A stretch of DNA of 64,000 nucleotides from Negaprion brevirostris. Lineage: Eukaryota. The notes beneath the pieces are model-generated. The model searched no databases. It had not been told where the DNA came from and saw nothing but the letters and a program-made list of their open reading frames with translations. The DNA lies in assembly GCA_030324005.1 (NCBI GenBank), contig JARDVH010000193.1:60948199-61012198 (forward strand). Direction: 5' to 3'. Of the stretch, positions 25,970 to 38,035 are shown in pieces; the stretch's first letter is position 1, and the number at the start of each line of letters is the position of its first letter. The translations under genes were made by a program, and so were the position numbers.

Positions 25970-27990
25970 AAAATGCGAAACCGAAGTGATTATTGCAGTT
26001 GGATGATGTTACTTCCTTCGTTTCTTATGTAGTGTGTTTTGTTTGTACTTTATACCATTTTACTTTCGAATTAATCTGAGTTATCTGCAAACAACTCCGT
26101 TATCTTAAAGATTTGCTCACATCAACTAACCAGAGGCCTCTGTAACTATTGCAACTACCGTATTTTTCTTTGGACCTTTCTCTAAAATCAAATTTAAGCG
26201 TCAACACTTGAGTCAATTATCAGCTGTGGACAATATTTTATAATGCATGATTCCCAAAACATGGAAAATTAAGAAATTTGAATAGCCATGGGTATACCAG
26301 TCCATTAATTAATAAAATGGTAATGAACTCACTCTACTAATTCCAGTTCCGAACTTTATAATCACTTCTTCACTGCGTTCCCTCGAATGCAATCGACACA
26401 TAATTAAGTGACAAACCCAAACATACTTCAGACTTTCTCAATATTAAGACTTCCATGGATGCATAAAATAATCATCCGGCCGTCAAAATAAAAGCACCAG
26501 TTTCCTTCCTAGTTCTTTCTTGCAAATGGACACAAATTAGTTTGATTGTCAACATTTACTAGCGTGGATTTTTTTTTTTTGTTGCTTCTCCATCATTTTG
26601 AGCAATGTCGATGGTTAAACATGTTCCCATATTGTGGTCCACCTGCCCACTTTAGTACCCAGACATTAAATTGATTGATTCCATAGCGACTAATCTGCAA
26701 ATACTTCCCCGACCCCCACCCCCGCTCCCCCACCATCAAAAAAAAAACAAAAATCCGCCTGGTGCTAAAAAAGCTTGAAAACTTACACTTGCTCACTGAA
26801 TATAAGCTATTGATTTATTTTGTGAACGGCACAGGCATACAAATCGACATCTGTGACAACCTGAAGAGTAGAGCGGTCTTATTGAAATAGATTGTTTGCA
26901 AATGTATTAAAGCTGCCACTTTCTCTGCGTTTTTCNNNNNNNNNNNNNNNNNNNNNNNNNNNNNNNNNNNNNNNNNNNNNNNNNNNNNNNNNNNNNNNNN
27001 NNNNNNNNNNNNNNNNNNNNNNNNNNNNNNNNNNNAAAATGCGAAACCGAAGTGATCATTGCAGTTGGATGATGTTACCTCCTTAGTTTCTTGTGTAGTG
27101 TGTTTTGTTTGTATTTTATACCATTTTACTTTCGAATTAATCAGAGTTATCTGCAAACAACTCCATTATCTTGAAGATTTGCTCACATCAACTAACTGCA
27201 GTCCTCTGTTACTATTGCAACTATCGCATTTTTCTTTGGACCTTTCTCTAAAATCAAGTTTAAACGTCAATACTTTGAGTCAATTATCAGCTGTGGACAA
27301 TATTTTATAATTTATGATTCCCAAAACATGGAAAATTAAGAAATTTGAATAGCCATGGGTAAAACGGTCCATTAATTAATAAAATGGTAATGAACTCACT
27401 CTACTAATTTCAGTTCCGAACTTTATAATCACTTCTTCACTGTGTTCCCTTGAATGCAATCGACATATAATTAAGTAACAAACCCAAATATACTTCAGAC
27501 TTTCTCAATATTGTGTTAAAACTTCCATGGATGCATTAAATAATCATCTGGCCGTCAAAATAAAAGCATCAGTTTCCTTCCTAGTTCTTTCTTGCCAATG
27601 GACACAAATTAGTTTGATTGTCAACATTTGCGAGCGTGGATGTTTTCTTGCTGCTTCTCCATCATTTTGAGCGATGTCGATGGTTAAACATGTTCCCATA
27701 TTATGGTGCACCTGTCCACTTTAGTACCCAGACACTAAATTGATTGATTTCATAGCGACTAATCTGAAAGTACTTCCACGACCCCCACCATCAAAAAAAA
27801 ACAAGAATTCTCCTGGTGCTAAAAAAGCTTGAAAATCTTACACTTGCTCACTGAAAATAAGGTATTGATTTATTTTATGAAGAACACAGTCATACAAATC
27901 GACATCTGTGGCAACCTAAAGAGTAGAGCGGTCTTACTGGAATAGATTGTTTGCAAATGTATTAAAGCTACCACTTCCTCTGCGTTTTTC
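25970..27990. repeat. Direct duplication flanking a gap
   Basis: 25970-26935 and 27036-27990 are colinear with scattered substitutions and indels. Confidence 0.9.
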
Positions 27991-28075
27991 GACAACTCAA
28001 TGAACTGGAGATACCTTAGGGAAAAAATGCTTTAAATCATTTGTTCCATGAGTCTTTCCCTGTGTAACACGCGAT

Positions 28076-28700
28076 TCAACCTCCCCAATCGAGTTGTCGG
28101 GAATCCTCTCTTTCACTTTCATAACGATACTTCGTTACTGTGAAGCTAATTGAAAATTTGTTCCACATTTTCATCATTCTTCCTTTATCGCAGAACACTG
28201 TTATGTTTGCCAATTTCCAATGCACGAGAGCCACTTCTCGAAGATAAATTTTCTTCAAATATAATGATCTTCTTTTGAACGTATGCAGGCACAAGTATAA
28301 CACAAAGCCACTTATCGGAGTTAAATTTTCTTCAAGTGTAATGGTCTTGTTTTGAACATATCCACGCACAAGTAAAACAACAAATCTTGCCATATGATCA
28401 TCACTCTTCTCCATTAACTCACATAAATAAGGCTCTGACGTGAATTTAAGTTATTACCCGATGAGCAATCGAGCAAAGTCTGCTTCGAAAATCGCATCGC
28501 AACATATTGTTCTGGAACTGTTTACTGAATGCATTTCATGAACTCGGTCTGAAATCTGTTTTTCCCGATTGGGCTTTCTGAACCAATTCATAAATAAAAA
28601 TCGCCCAAGAACATTATCCTTGTTATAACGGCTTTTAAATGTGCGGTATTTATCGCTCGAACCATTAAATTTGAGGTGAGCCGGGTTTGACAATACTTCT
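28076..28700 (-). mobile_element. Decayed CR1 remnant
   Basis: Minus-strand WKLANITVF and KPNREKQISD, resembling CR1 WKVANVTPLF and EPTREQAILD. Confidence 0.55.
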
Positions 28701-28884
28701 AACAGTGTATTCTGACGCTTGATTATCTCTTGGACTTGTAACCATTCGTATCGCTATTATAAATAAACCTTCATTGCCCGGAATAACGAACATTATTTCT
28801 TTAAAAACAAAATCTATTACCCAGAAATACTTAGTCTCCAAGTGCTCCGCTTTCAGTTAGCTGCGAGATGAAACAATTATTCTT

Positions 28885-29176
28885 TTATTTTTAGTATCAC
28901 TAGTCGGTTTACATTAACACTGTAATGAAGTTACTGTGAAAATCCCCTAGTCATCACACTCCGGCTCCTGCTGGGGAACACTGAGGGAGAATTTAGCATG
29001 GCCAACGCACTTAACAGACACGTCTTTCGGACTGTGGGAAGAAACTGGAGCACCCAAAGTAAATCCACACAGACACGGGGACAACATGCAATAACTGTTC
29101 AAAGTTGGGAATTAAACCCAGGGGTCCCTGGTGCTGTGAGGCATCAGTCCTAACCACTATGCCACCGCACCACACC
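28885..29176 (-). mobile_element. tRNA-derived shark SINE (HE1/V-SINE-like)
   Basis: gaagttactgtgaaaatcccctag..tctttcggactgtgggaagaaactggagcaccc..taaccactatgccacc. Confidence 0.85.
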
Positions 29177-29269
29177 GAACTGGCCATTACGTTATCTATC
29201 ACTTCGGAACACTTGCTGATTCATCGGTGTTTCCTGACATGGAAGCTGTCGCCATTAATTGAGCGACAT

Positions 29270-29515
29270 TCAGAATCCTCCAGAAACACTACAGTGCAAA
29301 CAAGGCCATTCGGCCCACGGAGTCCACACGGGTGCTTTGACCAATTATCTCACCCAAGCTCTCACCACTGCACCAACCATGTAATCCGCACAGTTTTCTG
29401 GGGTAAGTTATCCAATACCTAAAAATTCATCTCACCTGCATACCTTCGGACTGGGAGGAAACAGCAGCAACCGACGGAAGCCCATGGAGATTTGCTGAGA
29501 ATGTGTAAACGCCAC
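29270..29515 (-). mobile_element. SINE fragment with LINE-derived tail
   Basis: acagtgcaaacaggccattcggccc..ccttcggactgggaggaaac..gagaatgtgtaaac. Confidence 0.65.
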
Positions 29516-29518
29516 TGC

Positions 29519-29966
29519 GGAAACACATTTCCCTCAATCTTTGCTCTGCAACTCCGCCTCCTCTCATCCCTGCAAAAAGCTGATACCGATAATGCTACAT
29601 ATCGGCGCAACAAAAGAACAACGCGTGATTTGTTAGCGCTTAACATGACTTCTTTTTTTCTATTTATCATCATCATCTACAGTCTAGAAATCTCTTAGGC
29701 ATCCCAAAGCAGCTTAACATCATTCCGACAAAAGCTCTTGAAAATTCTCCCTCCGTTTAAGCTGTGTGTTACCATTTCTGTTTTGATGTGTGTTATCCTT
29801 CAGCCTGCTACTATCCCTACATTTGAGAACAAGGTAGCATTCCCAAAATTTAATCAGTAAAATCCTCATATCAAGTAAAACATTCATCATCATGCTGATG
29901 ACTCGAGAATTCCAGTGCACAACTCTCTCGTATGGGGTATAAAAACAATGGTTCTTCACAAATTTC
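29519..29966. repeat. ~450 bp block shared with the gene B C1-TM intron (41448-41887)
   Basis: Same orientation; about 90% identical over the first 180 bp by hand count. Confidence 0.9.
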
Positions 29967-30279
29967 TTTCATCCATGCATTAGGTACAGGTGTGAAAAGG
30001 GAAATTCTTCGTCAGAATTTCATCATGTGAGAAGAGGGCTTGCGCCTTGCTGCTTAACTCTGTATTAAATTTCGTCCATTGTCGCTCAGGGGCGTCACTC
30101 TGCTGGGACTGTTACATGCCAACCCAGTCTGCCAAGAGAGTGCAAAGTTTACCGGCCTCCCTTATTCAATTTTTGAAGTTGCTACGTTCGTTTAGCCTGA
30201 TGCGTTGGTATTGCTGAAGAGGCAGTGTGGTGTTATCAATGACTAGCAAACCAGAGAACTGGAATAATGTTCTCTGTTA

Positions 30280-30409
30280 AATTAGGGATAGTCAGCATGG
30301 CTTTGTCAGAGGGAAGTTATGCGTAACAAATTTGACAGTTTTTTCTTGGAAAATATGATCGAAGGCGTGGATGAGGGGAGTGGAGGTGATGTAGTTTATA
30401 TAAATTTCA
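30280..30409 (+). mobile_element. CR1 RT fragment
   Basis: IRDSQHGFVRGK..VDEGSGGDVVYINF. Confidence 0.75.
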
Positions 30410-30559
30410 NNNNNNNNNNNNNNNNNNNNNNNNNNNNNNNNNNNNNNNNNNNNNNNNNNNNNNNNNNNNNNNNNNNNNNNNNNNNNNNNNNNNNNNNNNN
30501 NNNNNNNNNCCCTAACTTAGCCAGATTCAGGGGAGAATAGTGTCAATTTGGTATACCAA

Positions 30560-33352
30560 TCAGCCTAAGAGCACATCTTTGGGGTGCAACCTGCTGCATG
30601 TCCTGAACAGTATTACATCAGCTGGCATATATTTAACATAACTGACATCTACCATTTTAGCTGATTGGATTACCGACCTTGGTTTCAAAGCGGATGAATA
30701 AGGGTTGCATCCCCTCGGATACAAGGTGAAAACTATTAAGGCAATACGTGCGTCGAAGAATGCGATAGAATTGATCTCCTTCCAGGAAATGCTCAATTCA
30801 CACTGAAGGGCCCTGCCGAATGTATTAATAACCATGAACACGCATACCAGCTTTTAAAAAAACGTCAACTCTAGAAGTAGGGAGGCACGCAGGCAAAAGG
30901 CTTCAACCCAAGTAAATCAGGCTTCGCAAGCAACGACATGCTCATTCACTTGGACCCGAGCAAACAATTAGTAGTCACGTGTGTCCGTCACTGTACGGAA
31001 ATGGCGAAGTGCTATTCCATAGAATTACGGTTGGGGCGGAGAGATCATACGTGAAGGTCGTCAAATGCTGAGAAAAGCTGGTTACAATTCAACAGAAAAG
31101 GCCTAATAGGCATTTATGATTAGAAGGAATTTTAGCAGCGCATCTGTGGGCCCCACTCCTATCAGGGCAAAAGCCAGTGCTGGGACTTTTCCTTGAGATG
31201 TGCCAATGTCTCTTATTATCTCCGCTAAAGTGCAAAGAGGTGTCTTGCTGCTGACAGCAGACAACTGTGCATTCCTGCATCGGGCGGGAAGACAAATCCC
31301 TAATAAAGTTGAGCTTTGTCACCTCCCGCTGCCAGATGTCGCACGGCGACCACTTGTGCGAAAGAAGATAGTTTTGGCTTTCAGAATGTCGAGACGCTGC
31401 CTGTCTCAGAAACCCACATTATGTAACGAACACAAAGAAAACCATTGCTATTGCAGGTCAGAAAATGGTGCAGTTAGGTTGGCACTTCGACAAGGCAGAG
31501 CAAATGAAGACGTTTATAATGCAGGAGTAACAGCGCGCAAAGATGGGAATGCCGTTGCGGCGAGGGGTGGAGTGCGGGGGGAGATGTGGAGGGATTGGGG
31601 ACATTCCTTTTCATCACCCCAGGAGCGATGGTCAATGATCCAAGCTGATGCATATCTTGGCCACACATGAGTGGAAATTTTGACAAGAAAATACATCTGG
31701 TAGCCTGGCATGAAAGAGAAATTGAACATAATTGCGTTTTTTGGAAGCGTTTCAGACGAAACAAATGCTCCAATTTTGAAACTGAACCCTTGGAAATGAT
31801 CATGTCGCCCGTGATTGACCTTCATATAGATTTTCCTGCGCCCTTAATTTGGGATGGAGATGGGGCAGCTGTTGTCTGATATCGTACATAATTTCTGCCT
31901 GTTCAGGGACTCCCGACACTGGCAAAACGATGCAACTCTGCCAGCGGCCCTTCAGCAGTCGAAGGTGCATGATCCGCAGAGGAAGCGAATGGATGAGGTA
32001 GCCCTCGTACACTGCCATTGCAGGCCACTCCATGAGACTCGTCCAGAGAATTCGGAGATTTCCTTGCTCCAAATTTGGGCATCGAATGTCTGAAGTTCAC
32101 AAGCTGGTGTGGTTGAAGCCGAAACTGGACCCACTTGCTTGCCTTCCGGAGCTGCACCCATCCTCTTACACAAATGACCGACATGTTTCTCCTCTCGAAG
32201 GCTCTGTGCCTCTTGGACATACGAAACCGGCCCTGACTTCTCCATGTCTCCTTGGCAAACAGGATATTTTCGCCAACAAATATTCTTTCCAAAACGAGTT
32301 TGGTAATGCTAAGTTCTGGCACATGTTCTTAATCCTTGTAGATGCCCACTCCAAGTGGCTGAAGTGTCAACCACTAAATCTATTGTTGATAAACTGAGTT
32401 GAATCTTCATGGTCATCCTCTTACACACGTGGCCGACATGCTTCTTCACTCGAAGGCCCCGTGTCTCTAGGATGATGACAGAACATCGAACGGGATTTAT
32501 GGCTGACAAATTTCCGAATTTCGTGAAGCATAACGACATCGGTTGTGTTAGGACGGTCCTCCACAATGCTGCCTGAAATAGGTTGGAGGAGACAGCCGTG
32601 GAGTTATTATTCGCTTCTATTAAGAAGGAGGGAGTTGCTATTTGGATTTTAGACTATTACTATTTGGATTTTCAAACATTGCTGCCCTGCAGCACTCAAC
32701 TTCGTTTCCCACCTGGGGTCACGTTTGCACGACTGCTAATGGGTCAGTGCCTACATACTTGCTTAGACTTAATGTTCGTCAATTGTCGAGAAGGGAAGAG
32801 GTCAGGTAAGCCTCTCAGAAAGTCTATCATAACTCTCAGAAAGAGGACAGTCCTATAATGTTGATGATCTCGTTCTGTAAAGGTGTTTTGGTAGGGGAAA
32901 TTCCTGCGTGGCAAGAAGAGCCCGAGAGAAGAAAAGGCGATTTTGAATGTTCTAGACACACAGGGCCTTCGAGTAGAGAAGCATGTCGGCCATGTGTGCA
33001 AGAGGGTGAAGCATTGTTTCGATGCCTTCTCTATGAAAGGAATGTTTTGTCTGTAAACAGCGCAGAAAACAGAAAACAGAAAACACTGTATGTTAATACA
33101 TGTGACAATAATAAATCAAATCAAATCATTTGGGTCCAGTATCGGTTTCATCCAAACAAGCTTGTGAACTTGAGAGTTTCGATACCCAGATTTGGACCAG
33201 AGCCCAGAAGGGGCCAGCAACGGTCTAGCACCGGAGGCAGCTACTCCATTCTTTTCTTCTGTGGATCATATACCTTCAACTGCTGAAGCGCCGCTGACAG
33301 AGTTGCATCGCTCTTCCAGTGTCCGGAGTCTCTGAACAGACCGACATTATGA
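30560..33352 (+). mobile_element. Degenerate Gypsy/Ty3 pol with an internal inverted duplication
   Basis: RT/RH remnants (GLHPLGYKVKTIKA; LDPSKQLVVTC), integrase MFLILVDAHSKWL, and an integrase C-terminal segment at 32870-33352 with an inverted copy (GPVSY..KHVGH) at ~31885-32300. Confidence 0.8.
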
Positions 33353-33739
33353 CTAGGCCCAACCACTGCCACCAGTCCCCCCACCCCACACCCACCAAAA
33401 CCCCGCACCCACCCCCACTAAACTTGCTGCCTATAGCTATTATTATTTTTGTTTCAGCACAGTTGTTGCTCACAGAGTTCGGAGGGAAAGGGTTTGTTAG
33501 CGTGACATCTTTACGAGATGATTTTCCAGGCCAAGCCACGGCGCCACAACAGATGGAGTGCAATTGTGCAAACGTTGGCCAATCCGCAACAAGAGCGTGC
33601 GTTCCCAGGACTGGAAGTGGGCAAAGTCAATTGGGGAGCTTTTCGGAGCAGACATGTTTCTCTGGGTTGCAAATTCTTTAGATGTAAACTGTTGAACGAA
33701 CATTTCTATTTTGTGCACTTGCTATACCGAATTGCTACA

Positions 33740-34100
33740 GTGTATTTATCTCTTCATGTGATGTGGACGTCGCTGGCAAGGCCAGCATGTGCTGCCCATC
33801 ACCAATTACGATTAATCTGAGCGACGTGGCACGGCTTTTCCAAGGTCAGTGAAGCTTCACTCACAGTGATGTGGATTTTCAATCACACTTAAGCAAGACC
33901 TGATATGAATGGGAGATATCCTTCCGTAAAATCATTCGTGGACGAAATGCTTGTTTGCAGGCAATCATTGGAAGTTTATTCATAGATCTTTGATAAACTA
34001 ACTCGATTATGGCGAGATTCATATGTTGGACTTCAGAGCCTGAGGTTAGGGTCTGTAGATTTTTTTCCTGCAGTGATTAATACTCAATATGCTGCAATTT
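33740..34100. mobile_element. Decayed SINE-like shark repeat
   Basis: tgtggacgtcgctggcaaggccagcat..gcccatc start and gggtctgtagat..cagtgattaatac end. Confidence 0.5.
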
Positions 34101-37100
34101 TCTGAACTGACTGGTTATGACATGGGTTGATTTTCAAGGGCTATAATTTGTTTTCTGCGGCTGTAATCTAAGCAACTAATCCTTCTGAGAAATTCCATCA
34201 TTTGTGTAACACAAATATATTTCAATTGCAACTCATATTTAATGTGCACATGTTTCAACACACAAGTAAACAGACTGCACTGTTACCCTGACTAATATCA
34301 GTTTGCTTGCGCAAAATGCAGCCTTTTCAATTATATCTACACTCATATCATTGAAGGGTGCAATCACCGGATTAGATGTTCTCACTAAGCATAGAATGAA
34401 CCATTGAATATAGACTTGGTTTTCATGTGGTGAACTCGGGAGAGGGAAAGATATGGGGTCACCGGGGTGGGGTTATGGGCGGCAGTAGCAAAGATCTCAG
34501 TTTGACAGAAGACAAGGACATATACTAAATGTACTGAGGAGGAGAAGCATGAAGCATTAGTGGGCAGACTGAAAGCAAGGAATATCAATTGTGAACAAAT
34601 AAATGCAGAGCTCATTTGGAAGAATGAAAACGGCGTGAACTCAAGGTCATGAAGGCCTCCGGGACCAATGTTGGAGTATCACTTTATGCAACCTTGGAAC
34701 ACTTATTTTCCTTTACAGCACTGCTGGCCAAATTCACTAATAATGTTGCTAACACAACTGTGACAACATATATAATGGTAATTTCCACGTTTACTTTGGA
34801 GCGCTTCAGTTACAGCTCAGATTACATCCCACAGGCCGACATCTGATGGTTGCGATTCTGACTGGCAATTTGTCTGTTCAGAGAACCGCTGCACCCCTTC
34901 AAACTCGGTGGCCAATGCCTTCCCGAGCCATTGTGCCTTCTTACCCAATTAATATTAACGTTTACTGCAATTATTGCTTCAGTCAGTGATGTTCCGCTGC
35001 GTAGGACACATCATATTTCCACGAAAAATGACGTAAAGTAATGTACAAACATAATTATTGAAACTCCGATGACCTGATAACTCAATTACACTTGGAAAGC
35101 TTACTTTGTGGTGCGTTTTATTTTTGCATTGTCGCCTGAGCGTTATTTTTAGGTGCGCGGCAGAGTATTGACCACTGGTGAACGCGGAATGGCTGTTATA
35201 ATTTCGAAATTACAGGAGAATACGGTTAAATTGTAATCGCTGGATGAAAGCGGCGGCTCACTTTTTTGCCTGGCCATGAATTCTTCCCACAAAGGCCCAA
35301 TCGTTCTACTTCGCCGTCCCATTCATTTTGTTTCACACAAGTATATAATGTGATCGTTGATTACAAGATATGCCTCTTCAGGTATTTTAAATTTTATATT
35401 TTATGGTAGCTTAGCTCGAAGGATGGCGAACAAGCATCAACAGGTTATTTATTTATAATGATAATTTAAAGAAGGGACATTGTTGCTCCAGGACAACAGT
35501 GATCTGACGGACGCCAATTGTTGCAGCAATATAGCCCGCCTTTTCTAAATACTGCGTATGTTGAAAACTATGGTCATCAATAATGCTGTCATTAGATTAT
35601 CCTTGTCGCCCAATATTCATGGAGTTGTGGGTGAAACATCCATGAGTCAGTAAAAATGTTTGTCATGAAATCGTCACGATGTGTGCCAGAATGCCATTAA
35701 CTGACCTGCTCAAAAAGTCTCGATGCTAACACACGATCTGGCGTTGAGTCAATCCTTCTGCTTTCTGCAAATGCAATACTTTACAACGGTTCTCTGCAAT
35801 GCAATTGTCATGCAATAAATGGCGCACTTCATGGCGAAGGCAGTAATCTTGCAAGGCCCCTTTCCAACTCCCATCGCATTTCTCTGGCAAGATATAATGT
35901 TTTCAAAATATAGTTTGTGGGTCGAAACTTAGTGTGCTCGTGTACGAATTATCATTGTGGCAATGCTGAAATGTTAATAAGGCCTTATAATCAAGCCTCA
36001 AAGGTGCCAAATGCATATCTGGAAATGTAAAGGGGCATTATTGCCTTGCGGAGAGTTTGCACCTTTGACTGTAGCAGTTTGTGGATTTCAGTGATGGAAC
36101 CTTTACTGTGGTTTGAGCATCTCTTACACATTTCCTCGATCAGGTACCATTGTGCGAATTGATCCCTTGGGACTGTCAAGAGTTCTGTCCTAATTTGCCC
36201 AAACTTGAAAACCATTTTTCAGAGCTGCCTTTGATCATGCCCTGTTCCAGGTTGTCTGACAGACTTTGAAGCACGCCTGGGCGCAATGAAATTTTACAGC
36301 AGTCCTGTAATTTTCATCAAAAAATCACAAAACGTGCTGGAAAGTCTGAAATATGGGAAGCACGTGGACATCCGCGGAGTTTCAAAACAAATGTAAATTA
36401 GGAATTAATCTATGAACATTGACTAGGGCGTCCAAATGGAGCTGCCAGTTGTCAAAAGTCTGCACTTTCGCAGATCAATTTGCTGACTGAAATACCGTTG
36501 GAACTCCCAAAATCGAGCGCTGCAGAGTCCACATTCTCCCACAGCAAGTCTCATTACGGATTTTTGAAGCTGATTTGTTGAAGTGTTGTGCTCGCGCAAC
36601 TCACAACTCTTTCGAAGGCAATCCATTTCAAATAATCTACGATAACATAAAATTCCAGCTGAAAAGCCGGACGAAACTAAGCGAACAACAATACTTACAA
36701 TGCATGGCCAGAGAGATTGTCTATCCTTAATTCATTGTCACAAATAAATTTTGAATTATATGTTTGTCCATTGCTTTTGTCCTTATCTCTCTTATCTGGA
36801 TCCTTGCACTTTTCTATGCAAAACATGCTCTCCTCATTTCCTGTTCTACTCAATATTCCCTGTAAGGAAACGCCCCTGCCGACTTAAGGCGATTTGTTTT
36901 TGAGTAGCGAGTCGTCTATGATCAATGGTTTTGCGGTCCCCTTACCCTCCTGTACATTTATCACATATTACTTTGTTATAAAACTTCCTTTTTTCTGTGT
37001 AACGGAATTTGTTCCTGTGTCACTGCCATTTGAATCATTCTCGGGCCAGTAAATTATGCAACAGGCCAAACTCGCCCGCTCCCAAGTCGTGACTTCTTTC

Positions 37101-37570
37101 CAGTGAATAACCATGGGAAGTTCAACTTTGCTGTCTTTTTAGGATGCAGAAATACATATTCTCGATCATAGCATACGTTTATTACATCAAACAGCCTAAT
37201 AATAGAAAGCTACAACTTGAAAACGCGCGTTACACTAGTTTTGCGTTGGTTATGCAAAGGTCTCCGGGGCCATGTATGGAGTCCTGACTTATAACGTGTC
37301 AAATCGTTCACTATTTCCTACATTAGGGTTCCTAAGCATGTTGTTGTTCTATTTGAAGTGACGTGCGGCCATTACAGGTTTTGTCTCGTTTTTTACAATT
37401 TCAGGTGCATCGTGAAAAGAAGTTGAAAGGAAACCGCAGCGGAAAAGTAAACAATGGGCCTGAAGTCGTCATTCTCCTCTTTTATCCGTTCATTTCCTTG
37501 AGTAATCCTCAGAGAAATTTGGAGAATTTCTACGCATAAAGTACAAAAAAATCAGAAATTCACAACAGCC

Positions 37571-37720
37571 CAGGAAGTTTTAACCACTGCATTGAAAATG
37601 GATCGAGGCCCAGGAGCGAAATGGTCCGCGTGATACCTGTTGAATCTTGAAATTGTGGTTTATTCCAAAATATCAAGCTGTTTTAGCAGACAACATGTTC
37701 TTGACACATCGACCGGATGT
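37571..37720 (+). promoter_or_regulatory. Putative haematopoietic promoter of gene B (ETS + RUNX motifs)
   Basis: CAGGAAGT at 37571-37578, TGTGGTT at 37654-37660 and ACCGGATGT at 37712-37720, all within 250 bp of the ATG. Confidence 0.4.
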
Positions 37721-37820
37721 TACACTTCGTTGTGATTATTGAATACGTAGGCAACTTCGCGTCGTTGAAAATCAAAAGACAGTTCAGACTCTGTTGCTGT
37801 GGCTCATTGACTGGTTAAGA

Positions 37821-37869
37821 ATGTTGTCAAGTGTGATGTGCTTCTCTGTCCTGGCGCTCGTTTTCACAG
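37821..37869 (+). CDS. Gene B exon 1: signal peptide
   Basis: MLSSVMCFSVLALVFT-G|gt, phase 1, hydrophobic; 166-nt intron to the V exon. Confidence 0.8.
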
Positions 37870-38035
37870 GTTCCAGTTCATTTTCTATGCGGTTTGCTTA
37901 TTAAATCGCGCAATTTCCAAGCTGCATGTTAATTCATAATGTTTCCTTGTACTTGGGACAAATTAAGTAACTCACCAAACCCGTGCTTTTTATCGTACTA
38001 TTGCTCCGGACTAATTCGGTTTTGATTTTCATTAG

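Noticed and set aside
34074-34105. Acceptor-like ttttttcctgcag followed by VINTQYAAIF*, an apparent ITSM exon for gene A
   Set aside because: It lies in the end of a decayed SINE-like repeat and has no upstream TM exon; most likely coincidence.
34719-34777. Possible small exon ALLAKFTNNVANTTVTTYIM between good AG and GT sites
   Set aside because: No similarity to gene B exons, not hydrophobic enough for a TM, and no other support.
36755-36865. Hydrophobic frame IICLSIAFVLISLIWILALFYAKH as gene A's TM
   Set aside because: It is immediately preceded by an in-frame TGA with no splice acceptor; explained by pyrimidine-rich sequence.
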